Shown: piece by piece, positions 40,988-50,732 of the stretch
Layout of the letters: each line of letters opens with the position of its first letter
Position numbering within the stretch: the stretch's first letter is position 1
Source of the DNA: Oceanispirochaeta sp.
GTDB lineage: Bacteria > Spirochaetota > Spirochaetia > DSM-2461
Direction of reading: 5' to 3'
Length of the DNA: 64,000 bases
NCBI GenBank assembly: GCA_963666275.2
Contig: CAXXOA010000002.1
Coordinates: 1,824,001 to 1,888,000, forward strand
The notes under the pieces: model-generated
Databases searched by the model: none
What the model was told of the DNA's origin: nothing
Seen by the model: the letters and a program-made list of their open reading frames with translations, nothing else
Made by a program: the position numbers and the translations under genes

Positions 40988-41038
40988 TCTGTGCCTCCGG
41001 TTTTATAACCAACGGGGATGGGGAATCTGTCACAATTA

Positions 41039-41493
41039 AAGACGCGATAAATCGCCTCTGTACGAGAGATCTGATTAAGCCTTGATAAATCGGGCCTGTA
41101 CGAGAGATCTGATTGAGCCTTGATAAATCGGGCCTGTATGTATGATCTGAATAAGCCGTGATAAATTGCCCCTGAATGGGGAATCCATAAGAAATAATGA
41201 TCAGGAAAGGGATGATGGGGGGGATAATCCCTGTAGAGACGCGATTTATCGCGTCTCTACAGGGATATCGCATCTCTACGGGGATATCGCGTCTTTACGG
41301 GGATATCGCATCTCTACGGGGATATCGCATCTCTACGGGGATATCGCATCTCTACAGGGATATCGCATCTCTACAGGGATATCGCATCTCTACGGGGATA
41401 TCGCGTCTTTACGGGGTTCTTTATTTTTGGATAGATAACATCGTAATAGTTTTAGGTTCTCCCCCTAAGAGACGCGATAAATCGCGTCTTTAC
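41039..41493. repeat. GTAG-family REP cluster with 38-bp (x3.5) and 19-bp (x9) tandem arrays
   Basis: REPs at 41039, 41227-41266 (perfect 19-bp arms) and 41467-41493; 38-bp units at 41046/41084/41122/41160; 19-bp units 41248-41418. Confidence 0.9.
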
Positions 41494-42681
41494 TTACTTG
41501 AGGGATACCTGGATGATGTTTTCCTCGTTGCGGATTTTTTCAAGTACCGCTGCGGAGGGGGCTTCGTCCAGTTTCAGGGTGCATATGGCCGCTTTTCCAC
41601 CGGAGAAGATGGAGTTTTCCATCTCTTCGATGTTGATGCTGGCGCTGCGCAGCTGATCCAGGACTCCTGCCAGGACACCCACTTTGTTGTAGTGGCGGAT
41701 GACCAGGTTGATCACGCCGCTGCTCTTTTCCTGATGGTTTACCATATGGAGGGGTTTTCCTGTCTCTTTGTAGGCCGAGACGATATTGACCACTTCGGCG
41801 GCTATCGCTTCAGAGGCCTGGTCTGTGGAGGCTCCGATATGGTGGGTGCCAGTGATGGCTGAAGCCAGTTCACTGTCGCTGAAGGCATTGTCACTGGCTC
41901 CGGGTTCATTTTCATACACATCCAGAGCGACTTTCAGGCTTTTGGTTCTGATGGCTTCCTTCAGTGCAGCTGTGTCGACCACTTCCCCCCGGGAGGTGTT
42001 CACAAGAATGGCCCCCTCTTTCATGGTATCCAGGATCTCTTTGCCGATAAAGTGGGCCGTGTCTTTTCCTGCGGCCAGGTGGATACTCAGGACATCTGCT
42101 TTTGAGGCGGCTTCTACAGGGGTGGCACAGTATTCCACGCCCCAGTCTTTCGCTTTTTCGGGGGTCAGGCTCCGTGACCAGGCGGCAACATGCATGCCGA
42201 AGGCTCTGGCTCTGTCGGCGGTACCTCTTCCGATGGAACCCATGCCGATAACAGAGAGGGTTCTTCCTTTCAGTCCCGAGGCTTTTCCGTAGAGCTTTTT
42301 ATTCCAGACTCCGTTCCTCAGGTCCATTGTGCCGTCTGCGATTCTTCTGTCGGCGGCAATCATCAGGCCCATGGCCAGTTCGGCTACGGCATCGGCGTTC
42401 TTTCCCGGACAGTTGGCCACATGGATTCCTCTCAATGAGGCCTCATTCAGGTCTATCGTATTGACCCCGGCTCCGGCTCTGATAATCAGAGAGAGATCGG
42501 TTCCGTTGGTAATGGTCTGGGCGCTCACTTTGGTGGACCGTACGATAAGAACTTCCGCATCCCCGATGGCTCCGGGGAGATCATCCGCTGTCAGAGCGGG
42601 TTCAAAAGTAATGTCTGCTCCCAGGGCCTTCAGGTCCTCAAGAGCTGTGTCGGATAATTTGTCTGCTATCAGTATTTTCAT
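41494..42681 (-). CDS. serA: D-3-phosphoglycerate dehydrogenase-like protein with ACT domain
   Basis: IVRSTKV, RAGAGVNTID, GMGSIG, NTSRG, LDVYENEP, HHIGAST, ACT HYNKVGVL. Confidence 0.85.
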   Translation of the reverse strand: MKILIADKLSDTALEDLKALGADITFEPALTADDLPGAIGDAEVLIVRSTKVSAQTITNGTDLSLIIRAGAGVNTIDLNEASLRGIHVANCPGKNADAVAELAMGLMIAADRRIADGTMDLRNGVWNKKLYGKASGLKGRTLSVIGMGSIGRGTADRARAFGMHVAAWSRSLTPEKAKDWGVEYCATPVEAASKADVLSIHLAAGKDTAHFIGKEILDTMKEGAILVNTSRGEVVDTAALKEAIRTKSLKVALDVYENEPGASDNAFSDSELASAITGTHHIGASTDQASEAIAAEVVNIVSAYKETGKPLHMVNHQEKSSGVINLVIRHYNKVGVLAGVLDQLRSASINIEEMENSIFSGGKAAICTLKLDEAPSAAVLEKIRNEENIIQVSLK

Positions 42682-42789
42682 AAAATTCAGGATAATCCTC
42701 TTTGATCGGGCTGTAAAGTTTTATTTGATCAATTTCTTCAAATATAAATGAGGTATTCCGCAAATTGTAAGTTTTAGAAAAACCCGGGG

Positions 42790-43101
42790 TTACTTGCAGA
42801 CATTCCGGAAGACCATCAGGGCTTCCATCATCCGGGGAAATCCCGCGGTCGGGGCGATCATCAGGATGGCATGCTCAATTTCCGCCTCGGTGCATCCGGC
42901 TTTCAGAGCCTTCTCTATGTGGGTCTGCAGAGCATATTCGTACTGGGAAGAGGCGGATACGGCTACTTTGATGAGCCAGCGGGTTTTTTCTTCCAGAGGA
43001 CCGCCTTTTTCGTGAAGTTCCTTGCCGAAGTCTTCGTAGGCCTTGTAGATTTCAGGATGGTTCTCTTTGAAATATTTCAGGTTTTTGCTTTTTTCGCTCA
43101 T
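42790..43101 (-). CDS. Carboxymuconolactone decarboxylase/AhpD-family protein
   Basis: GPLEEKTRWLIKVAVSA..HIEKALKAGCTEAEI..AGFP; no CxxC. Confidence 0.85.
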   Translation of the reverse strand: MSEKSKNLKYFKENHPEIYKAYEDFGKELHEKGGPLEEKTRWLIKVAVSASSQYEYALQTHIEKALKAGCTEAEIEHAILMIAPTAGFPRMMEALMVFRNVCK

Positions 43102-43158
43102 GGGATTCTCCTTTTCTATAACTCTGGTGAAAAACCAGGGGATGCGCAAGATTTTTTT

Positions 43159-45030
43159 TCAGTATCGTATCCCCAGCTGGGGAGCGTAACGGATCTCCGG
43201 ACCCAGAAAAATACGGTTGTCCAGGTACCAGGTCTGACGTTTTCCCAGATAGGCGGCTCCCAGGTTTAATCCGTACCTGGGAATCAGGCCTCCCTCCAGA
43301 GAATCGGTCAGATCGGCGAATACTCCTCCGTACAGATCCGTTTTTTCACCTATCCTATAGAAATAGTCAGATTCCAGAGGGAACGAGAAAACCCCTTCCG
43401 TACTCCCGGATTCGCTGGAGATGCGGAATTCCACAGATGATCGGAGTCCGACTCTTCCCCGGTAGAACCGCCAGAGAACCCCCAGACTCGTCCAGGATCC
43501 GCCTCCCAGTCCCAGAGTTAATTGAAAAGGTTCAATCTGCCTGCTGCTCAAACCTTCCAGAATCCTGGCATCCAGATCCCAGTCGGCCAGGAAATAGGCT
43601 GTCACCTCTCCGGTTGTCTCTTTTGTCACATCATCCACGGTGACAGTGGATTTGCGGTAGTCTTCATCCAGATAGGGAAGCCTCTGCCTCGATAAATTCA
43701 CCCTGGCTTTTTTTCTTTCATAATCCGTCAGAATAAGCAATTTGTGGTTCCGGGTCTCCTCCAGAAAATCCTCGCTGATTTTAAGACTCTCTTTCAGTAG
43801 TTTGAGAAGCTTCCGACGGATCTTCCTCTCACTCCAGTCCTGCTCGAATATATGCCGGATCTCAGGGAACTCCCTGTCATAACCGAAACCTGTGGGAGAG
43901 TCAAAAGCAAAGGCCGTTTCAATAAGCTCTTCATAGATCTGACGGCCCTTTTCCAGCTCCTTCTCTTCAAACGCCGTGATTGCCTGCATCCTTCTCAGGG
44001 CACAGTAGAACCGGCCGTTTAACAGGGCTTCCTGCCGCATGCCCTCATGGTCGCTTTCAAGGTAGATCCTGAGGGACTCTCTGATATATTCAGGATCTAC
44101 CTCAGGGCTTTCCTCTTCCATTCTCCACCACTCATTCTTCAGCAGCCAGTGATCTTTGATCTCTCTGAAACGGCGTATCTCCCCGGTCAGATTGTCTGTC
44201 AGGAAGGGAAACGTCTCCAGATAGGAGAGGATTCGCAGTTCATAGGGGATTTCCTCTCTTTGGGACTCACTTTTATAGAGCGAGACAATCCTGTCATAGG
44301 TTTCGTTCAGGTCTTTTTTTTCATGGGGGAGCAGATCGGGAATGGCAAACTCCAGATTTTGTGTTTCCCCTTCTGTGATTGTAATATTCCGGCTGAAAAT
44401 CGTTTCCTGACTGCCGAAGCGCAGCTGCCTGATTTCAAGTTCATACTCTCCGATTAGAACTCTATCAAGCCGTTTTATCGATTCTCCCAGGGGGATACCA
44501 TTCAGATACAGAGAGTAGACACTCTCCAGACCGCTGTTTTCCAGGATCAGAGAACCGAATCCCCAGTGGCGATCGCTGAAGGAGTTTAAAAGAGCGAGGA
44601 TCAGTTCATCCGATGTATCAAAGACACTGAGAATTCCCGGTGCCGTTCTCTCTACCCTGGTTGTCTGCTCTCCCTCTACAGGGTTGTACAGGGTCAGGGT
44701 AAAGCGGATTTCTCCCGGTTCTGTGAGATCCATCTCTCCGTAGATCAGATTATCAAAGAATTCATTCCGTGAGTAAGCGGTCAGGTCCTCCCGGGTCATG
44801 GTCCGGCTTTTCAGATTGTTCAGACTTGTTACCCGGAAATTTCCCGAGAGACGGAGGGTCTGCACCAGTGTATCCGTAACAGTCCCGGCTATGGCATTGT
44901 ACTGATCCTGCCCTGTGAGGTTCCGGACTTCCGCAATCAGAATGGCCGGAAGGGGCAGATCTGTGCTCTCTTCTCCGTAGAGAAATGAAAAAGAGGCAAT
45001 CAGGAATAGCAGGGTTATTATTCTGTTCAT
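43159..45030 (-). CDS. Exported multidomain protein (TolB-N/CsgG-like + PEGA-like + helical + C-terminal beta-barrel-like)
   Basis: Signal peptide; NLTGQDQY..LRLSGNFRV; LYLNGIPLG..GEYELEIR; ends QLGIRY. Confidence 0.65.
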   Translation of the reverse strand: MNRIITLLFLIASFSFLYGEESTDLPLPAILIAEVRNLTGQDQYNAIAGTVTDTLVQTLRLSGNFRVTSLNNLKSRTMTREDLTAYSRNEFFDNLIYGEMDLTEPGEIRFTLTLYNPVEGEQTTRVERTAPGILSVFDTSDELILALLNSFSDRHWGFGSLILENSGLESVYSLYLNGIPLGESIKRLDRVLIGEYELEIRQLRFGSQETIFSRNITITEGETQNLEFAIPDLLPHEKKDLNETYDRIVSLYKSESQREEIPYELRILSYLETFPFLTDNLTGEIRRFREIKDHWLLKNEWWRMEEESPEVDPEYIRESLRIYLESDHEGMRQEALLNGRFYCALRRMQAITAFEEKELEKGRQIYEELIETAFAFDSPTGFGYDREFPEIRHIFEQDWSERKIRRKLLKLLKESLKISEDFLEETRNHKLLILTDYERKKARVNLSRQRLPYLDEDYRKSTVTVDDVTKETTGEVTAYFLADWDLDARILEGLSSRQIEPFQLTLGLGGGSWTSLGVLWRFYRGRVGLRSSVEFRISSESGSTEGVFSFPLESDYFYRIGEKTDLYGGVFADLTDSLEGGLIPRYGLNLGAAYLGKRQTWYLDNRIFLGPEIRYAPQLGIRY

Positions 45031-45110
45031 CTAATAAAAATACTATCTCCGGTTTCATCCAATTGCAACTCCTCTTTTCCTCGGTGTTGGTTTGGTCTAT
45101 TCTTTAGGGA

Positions 45111-46598
45111 ATGAAAAAGCATATATTCCTTTCTTTGATACTTGTTCTTATCTGTGCATCTCCTTTCTATGCCCAGAAAAGAGGCATGAGTGAATACCCT
45201 GAACTCCGTTCCGGCGAGTCCGTGGACGGTGTGATCCGTACCGGTTCCAACAGCTGGTACGAAACCTATCAGATCCGGATCACCCCCCGGATGACAGGGA
45301 TCCGCCTGAAATTGAGCAATGCCCCGGCGGATCTGGACCTCTATTTCCGCTATGGTGCTCCCATGGACGACTACTCCCAGGCGGATGCCTACAGCGAAAC
45401 CGAACGGTACAACGAGGAGCTCTCCCTCTACCGTTATGACGATTCGGGAATGGAGAACGGGTATGCCTATATCGATGTGGCCTATATGTTTGACTCCAGG
45501 CCCCAGGAGGGGCAGCAGATTCTCGAGGATATTCCCTTTACCCTCAGTTACGAAGCGGTGTTCTATGAGCTCCAGGAGGAACTCTCTCCGGGAGACGCTC
45601 AGGCAGGGGCTCTGGAGCCGGAAAAGTTTATGATCCAGACCTTTCCTGTTGCAATCCCTTCGGACGCGGAGGTTCTCAGGATCGATCTGCTGGATGCCAC
45701 GGGAGATCTGGATGTGATGGTTTCGACCATACCCGTGATCTCTTCGGAAGACTATCCTCTTATTAAAGCCGATTCTGTTGTGGGCAACGAGAGTGTCCTG
45801 GTTCAGCTCGAAAGGAAATACAGGGGGGAAACCCTTTTTGTCACAGTTATGGACCCTATTGCGTCGGACAGAAAACAGACCTACCGGATTATCGCCGGAT
45901 TCTCGGAGGAACCCCAGTGGGAGGTACCGGCTCTGCCGGAGTTCGATTTGCAGTCCTCCTCCCGGGACAGGGCTCTGCAGGCGACGGTTGAGCTGATATC
46001 TCCCAGCGGCGGAGGATCCGGAACGATTGTCTCTCCGAAGGGACTGATCCTTACCAATTACCATGTCATCGAGAATAAGACAGGGGGTGTTCATGACCGG
46101 GTTGTGGTGGCTAGGGTGGAGGACCTCTATCGGCCGACCCGGGAAACCTTCTATGCCCGTGTCCTGGAATCTTCAGAGATTCTGGACTGCGCTCTTCTAC
46201 AGGTGGAGTCGGGCTATTACGGTCAGCCTCTTCCCCGGGACTATCAGTTTCCCTGGTACAGAACGGCCAGAGCCGAAGATCTCTCCCTGGGGGATGAGAT
46301 CCGTATCCTGGGGTTTCCCGTGATCGGCGGCTCGGGCTCCCGGGCCACAGTGAATCTCTCCCGGGGGATCCTTTCGGGGGGAGAGCGGGTGGAGGACCTT
46401 CTGGTTCTGAAAACAGATGCGAAAATCAGCAGCGGCAACTCCGGGGGAGCCGCCACAGATGAGAGGTTTCGTCTTATCGGGATTCCCTCCTTTGTGATAG
46501 AGGAGGGCGGGGAGAATATCGGATACATTATCCCCCTGAGTTCCCTGCCTGATGACTGGGTTTCCCGGTATTTTCCCTCTGGACTGTTTACCCCGTAG
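45111..46598 (+). CDS. Secreted trypsin-like serine protease with two PPC-like domains
   Basis: ADLDLY and GDLDVM PPC repeats; triad TNYHV, LDCALL, SGNSGG. Confidence 0.9.
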   Translation: MKKHIFLSLILVLICASPFYAQKRGMSEYPELRSGESVDGVIRTGSNSWYETYQIRITPRMTGIRLKLSNAPADLDLYFRYGAPMDDYSQADAYSETERYNEELSLYRYDDSGMENGYAYIDVAYMFDSRPQEGQQILEDIPFTLSYEAVFYELQEELSPGDAQAGALEPEKFMIQTFPVAIPSDAEVLRIDLLDATGDLDVMVSTIPVISSEDYPLIKADSVVGNESVLVQLERKYRGETLFVTVMDPIASDRKQTYRIIAGFSEEPQWEVPALPEFDLQSSSRDRALQATVELISPSGGGSGTIVSPKGLILTNYHVIENKTGGVHDRVVVARVEDLYRPTRETFYARVLESSEILDCALLQVESGYYGQPLPRDYQFPWYRTARAEDLSLGDEIRILGFPVIGGSGSRATVNLSRGILSGGERVEDLLVLKTDAKISSGNSGGAATDERFRLIGIPSFVIEEGGENIGYIIPLSSLPDDWVSRYFPSGLFTP

Positions 46599-46649
46599 AG
46601 GGATAGGTTCCCTCATGAGAGATGCTCTTCAGGGATGTTACAAGACGAG

Positions 46650-46997
46650 CTATAGATAGGTTTTGTAATTGTGTCCCAGAGCCTTTCCCAATCTTCTGGC
46701 TAGATCAGGGGATATATTCCGGCGACCTCTTTCAATATCGGAAATATATTGTTTTGATCTTCCCCCTACGGTGTTTCCCAGTTCTTTCTGGGATAAGCCG
46801 GAATTCCTCCGATGAATTTCTACAGTTTCTCCCGGAGAGGGACTCATCTCACGAAATCAGTTCGTATCTGTTATATCAATAAGTTCTTCATCATCCCGGA
46901 TAATTTCTATCTGGTCTTCACTAAAATCTTTTCTGAGAAATTCCAGTAAAGGGGCATATTCATCTCCAACTCCTTCAAGATCTTTAAGAATACTCAC
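46650..46997 (-). pseudogene. XRE/HigA-like HTH remnant with in-frame TGA at 46857-46859
   Basis: Frame reads ...DEELIDITDTN*FREMSPSPGETV..GLSQKELG..YISDIERGRRNIS; upstream part in frame with HTH ORF. Confidence 0.6.
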
Positions 46998-47099
46998 TGA
47001 TAGAATTGGCTTCCTGCTTCAGAAATGGACCCTTCTCTGCTTTCTTTTTTAAATGTGTCTGGACTGTTCTTCCCTCAGGGATTATTCTGAGTTTCTGAT

Positions 47100-47456
47100 A
47101 TGTACCTGAAACTGCCTGTGAAATCTGTTTTCCTATTCCTTCTCTTTTTTCTCTTCCAGTGGGGGGGGCAGTTCACTGCTGCGGCGGCTGCCGGGGCCGA
47201 CGGGGATCGGAAACTCCTTTTTACAGCTCTCCTTTACATCTGCTTTCTCACCCGGGGAGGAATCTGGCTCTTTGTTCTGAGAGACATTCCCCTTACCTGG
47301 GCATTTTCACTTGCCAGTCTGGGATACCTTGTCATTCCGGTTCTCTCCTATTTCATACTGGAAGAACCTTTCAGGCCGGGGTATCTTCCCGGAGGTCTCC
47401 TGATCCTGGGGGGAGTCTCCCTTTACGGGCTTGCCCGGCAGAGGAGCGGAGCATGA
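47100..47456 (+). CDS. ArnE/F-like small DMT (EamA) membrane protein
   Basis: 118 aa, 4 TMs, WLFVLRDIPLTWAF..LGY..EE..GGLLILGGV. Confidence 0.75.
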   Translation: MYLKLPVKSVFLFLLFFLFQWGGQFTAAAAAGADGDRKLLFTALLYICFLTRGGIWLFVLRDIPLTWAFSLASLGYLVIPVLSYFILEEPFRPGYLPGGLLILGGVSLYGLARQRSGA

Positions 47457-47818
47457 ATCATCCTGAATTTATCCGGGCCCTGGGACTTATGATTCTTATG
47501 GCCGCCATGACATCGGGAGGGCAGGTGCTGATCAAACTGGGTCTGAATAAAACAGGACCGGCAAAGGGTCTCCGGGGGATGATCTTCGCCTGCCTGCAGC
47601 CTTCGGTACTGACGGGGCTGTGTCTGGCTCTGGGAGCGCCCCTTGTCTACCTGAAAGCCCTGGCCCTTATGGGGCTCAGCTCGGTCTACGGACTGAACGG
47701 GATCTCCTACTTTTTTGTCTATGCCCTCTCCCGTACTGTGCTTCATGAAAAAGGCTCTCTCCTGCATCTGGCAGGGCTGATTCTCATTGCCGGAGGGATA
47801 GTGGTCTGGTCGATCTGA
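47453..47818 (+). CDS. Second ArnE/F-like small DMT protein
   Basis: GQVLIKLG, LSSVY, LHEK..GLILIAGGI; ATGA overlap with previous gene. Confidence 0.8.
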   Translation: MNHPEFIRALGLMILMAAMTSGGQVLIKLGLNKTGPAKGLRGMIFACLQPSVLTGLCLALGAPLVYLKALALMGLSSVYGLNGISYFFVYALSRTVLHEKGSLLHLAGLILIAGGIVVWSI

Positions 47819-48540
47819 GTGTGGTTATTCCTGTTTACAACGGAGAGGAGGGACTGGTTTCTCTTGTGGATTCCCTGATCCCCCATCTGGATCAGACGGG
47901 ACTGAACTGGGAGATCTTTTTTGTGGACGACGGATCCGGGGACGGCAGTTTTCCCCTGATCCGGGAGATGCACAGGAGGGATTCCCGTATCCGGGGCTGC
48001 GCTCTTGCCGAAAACAGAGGTCAGCAGAATGCCCTCTACTGCGGACTGGTCTCCTCGTCGGGAAACTATGTCATTACCATGGATGACGACGGTCAGCACC
48101 CTGTGGATCAGATCCCCCTGCTGATAGGGAAACTGGAGGAGGGTTACGATGCGGTTTATTCGGTCAACCGGGATCCCTGCAGACCGGCTGTTTTGCGTCT
48201 GGGAACCGCCGGGACCGGACTGTTCTTTACCCTGTTCTGCCGGAAACCCCGGGGGGTGGAGATAGGCAGTTACCGCATACTCCGGCGGGAAATCATTGAG
48301 AGCTTTCCCCCGGCAGCCGGCGGCTTCGTCTATGTTTCAGCCCTTCTGTTTGCCTCTTCGCCCCCGCCCCGGGTCTGTTCGTTCCGCTATCAGCGGAGGG
48401 AGACGGGATCAGGAAGGCAGAGCCGCTTCTCCCTGGGAGGCCGATTTAAAGTTTTCCGGAAGCTTTTCCTCTATTACGGCCCCCTGCGCCGTTTTATGCC
48501 TTTAAAGGGAGAGCCTTTCCGGATAGGGGAGAAACTATGA
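47806..48540 (+). CDS. GT2 polyprenol-phosphate glycosyltransferase (ArnC/DPM1-like, no C-terminal TMs)
   Basis: DLSVVIPVYN, VDDGSGD, NRGQQNA, ITMDDDGQH; start CTG 47806 or GTG 47821. Confidence 0.88.
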   Translation: MVDLSVVIPVYNGEEGLVSLVDSLIPHLDQTGLNWEIFFVDDGSGDGSFPLIREMHRRDSRIRGCALAENRGQQNALYCGLVSSSGNYVITMDDDGQHPVDQIPLLIGKLEEGYDAVYSVNRDPCRPAVLRLGTAGTGLFFTLFCRKPRGVEIGSYRILRREIIESFPPAAGGFVYVSALLFASSPPPRVCSFRYQRRETGSGRQSRFSLGGRFKVFRKLFLYYGPLRRFMPLKGEPFRIGEKL

Positions 48541-49795
48541 TCCTTCATATGCTGGGGGAGGTCCCGCCCAGACGGGAATTATTCTCAGGGCCCGGGAACT
48601 GGGGCACAAAATCATCGTATCCGACAGGAATCTTCAGGCTCCGGGTGTTCTCCTGGCAGACTATCCCTCGGGAGCCAGCTCTTTTGATTCCCCGGCGGTT
48701 CTGGAAGATGCCCGGAAGTACGGTGCACAGGCTCTTATGACCGCCGGGACGGACCAGCCCGTACTGACGGCGGCCCGAGTTTCGGAAATCAGGAAGCTGC
48801 CCTATTTTCTTACAGTGGATCAGGCCCTGATGGTGACCAATAAAAAGGTCATGAAACAGGCCATGGCTCAGCGGGGAATCCCCACCATGAAGTTCACCTT
48901 TCTGAAAAAGGGGTTCCGGGAGGAAGACCTGGCAGGCCTCTCTTTTCCTCTGGTAATAAAACCTCTGGACAGTCAGGGACAGAGGGGGGTCCTGAAAGTG
49001 GATAATCCCGAAGAGATCCGGAATCATCTGGACCATGTCCTCTCCTTTTCCCGGGAAGAGGAGATCCTGGCGGAGGAGTATTATCCTTCCGTGGAACTCA
49101 CCGTTTCCGGATGGGTGGAAAAGGGGCGCTCCCATATCCTTTCACTCACTGACAGGGTGACCATAGACAACGGACCCCACCTGGGAGTCTGTCTCTCCCA
49201 CCGCTATCCCTCTGTGAGGGATCATGATTCTAAAACCCTGGAAGCCCTCACCCAGGAGCTGACCTGCATGATCGGACTGGAAGAGGGACCCCTCTATTTT
49301 CAGATTCTCTACGGAGAGAGGGGGTACCGGGTCAATGAGATTGCCTGCCGACTGGGAGGGGCCTATGAAGATGAGTTTATACCCTGGCTCTCCGGGGTGC
49401 CTCTCCGGGATCTCATGATTGAAATGACAAGTCGGGAAGGGTATAATACCGAGTCTCTCCGGGGAGTTCAGGAGCAGAAAAAAGGCAAGTTCCTCTCGGT
49501 TCAGATGTTTTTCTGCCGTCCCGGTATCATCCAGGCCCAGAGAGGGTTTGAGGAGGTTCTCTCCCGTGAGGGGATCCTCAGCGGAGCTTTCCTTCTGAAG
49601 GAGGGAACCCGGATCGTTCCCCGGCGGAATTCCACCCAGAGGGCGGGGTATTTTATTGCCTGTGCCGCCAGTGCGGAAGAGCTGAACCGCCGGATCCGGA
49701 ATGCCTACCGCTGTCTGAGCATTACAGATCCGGAGGACGGAGAGATGATACAGTTTGACCGGAGGATGCTCTTTCCCTATGAAAAGACATTGTAA
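48537..49795 (+). CDS. ATP-grasp ligase, frameshifted at G5 tract (48554-48558)
   Basis: Adding one G gives MILHMLGGGPAQ..ARELGHKIIVSD in frame with 48737 ORF; NKKVMK, VIKPLDSQGQRGV, AEEY, NEIACRLGG. Confidence 0.85.
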
Positions 49796-50732
49796 CATCA
49801 GATCCCTCATTTTTATTCTCATATCCTGCTGTCTCATCCCTCTGGCACTCTTCTCCTGCCGTAAAAAAGAGGATTCAAATACAATTACCATAGCCGAACA
49901 GTACGGGCTGGCCTATGCGCCCCTGCAGATCATGAAAGCCAAAGGATTTCTGGAGGAGATGGACAGCTCCATCCGGGTCAACTGGGTGAAACTTGCCAAT
50001 ACCGCAGCCATCCGGGAGGCGGTCCTGGCGGGAGATGTGGATGCGGGGTTTATGGGAATCCCCCCCTTTCTGATCGGCCGGGATCAGAAAATGCCCTGGA
50101 AAATTGCCGCGGGACTCTCCCGGGCACCCCTGGGGCTGGTTGTTCCCGACGGAACGATTCAAACTCTGGAGGATTTTACAGGGGCCCGGAGAATAGCCCT
50201 TCCCCAGCCGGGGAGCATTCAGCACATCCTTCTGACCATGGCCCTGGACAGGAAATACGGGGATCCCTCATTCCTGGATGCACAGCTGGTTTCCATGAAG
50301 CACCCCGACGGGATGAACAGCCTTCTGAGCGGCAGCGTGCAGGGCCATTTCACCTCTCCCCCCTACCTGTTTCAGGAAGAAGACCAGCAGGGGTTTTCCC
50401 TGCTCCTCAGCGGAGAGGAGGCCTTCGGAGGCCCTTTTACCTTTATTGTCGGAGCGGTAACCGAAGAGTTCCGGGAGAGTCATCCTCTTTTATACAGCCG
50501 CTATCTGGAAGCCCTTGAAATGGCAGTGGATTATCTGAAGGAGTCTCCCCGTGAGAGCGCGCAGATCCTTGCGGAGTCCTACGGAATGGAACCCTCCCTG
50601 ATTGAAGAGTACCTTTCCCGGCCCGGTATGGTTTATGAAACTGAGGTCCGGGGAGTGGAGGAGTTCCTCGGTTTTATGAAGCGAACAGGAATGATCCATC
50701 ACATAGAAACAGCCGATGAGGTTTTCTTTTGA
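49779..50732 (+). CDS. NitT/TauT-family ABC substrate-binding lipoprotein
   Basis: Lipobox LFSC; AEQYGLAYAP, LPQPGSIQ, HPDG, FTSPP. Confidence 0.88.
   Translation: MKRHCNIRSLIFILISCCLIPLALFSCRKKEDSNTITIAEQYGLAYAPLQIMKAKGFLEEMDSSIRVNWVKLANTAAIREAVLAGDVDAGFMGIPPFLIGRDQKMPWKIAAGLSRAPLGLVVPDGTIQTLEDFTGARRIALPQPGSIQHILLTMALDRKYGDPSFLDAQLVSMKHPDGMNSLLSGSVQGHFTSPPYLFQEEDQQGFSLLLSGEEAFGGPFTFIVGAVTEEFRESHPLLYSRYLEALEMAVDYLKESPRESAQILAESYGMEPSLIEEYLSRPGMVYETEVRGVEEFLGFMKRTGMIHHIETADEVFF

Noticed and set aside
41039..41418. CRISPR array
   Set aside because: Units are head-to-tail with no unique spacers, and no cas genes are present; they derive from REP arms
40980..41862. ORFs 40980-41273, 41166-41438 and 41197-41862 with repetitive peptides
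   Set aside because: Translations of the stop-poor 19-bp repeat and of antisense serA; no RBS or family
46857..46859. TGA as selenocysteine or alternative genetic code
   Set aside because: TGA ends many intact genes in this window, and the position fits Trp in an HTH protein rather than a redox Cys
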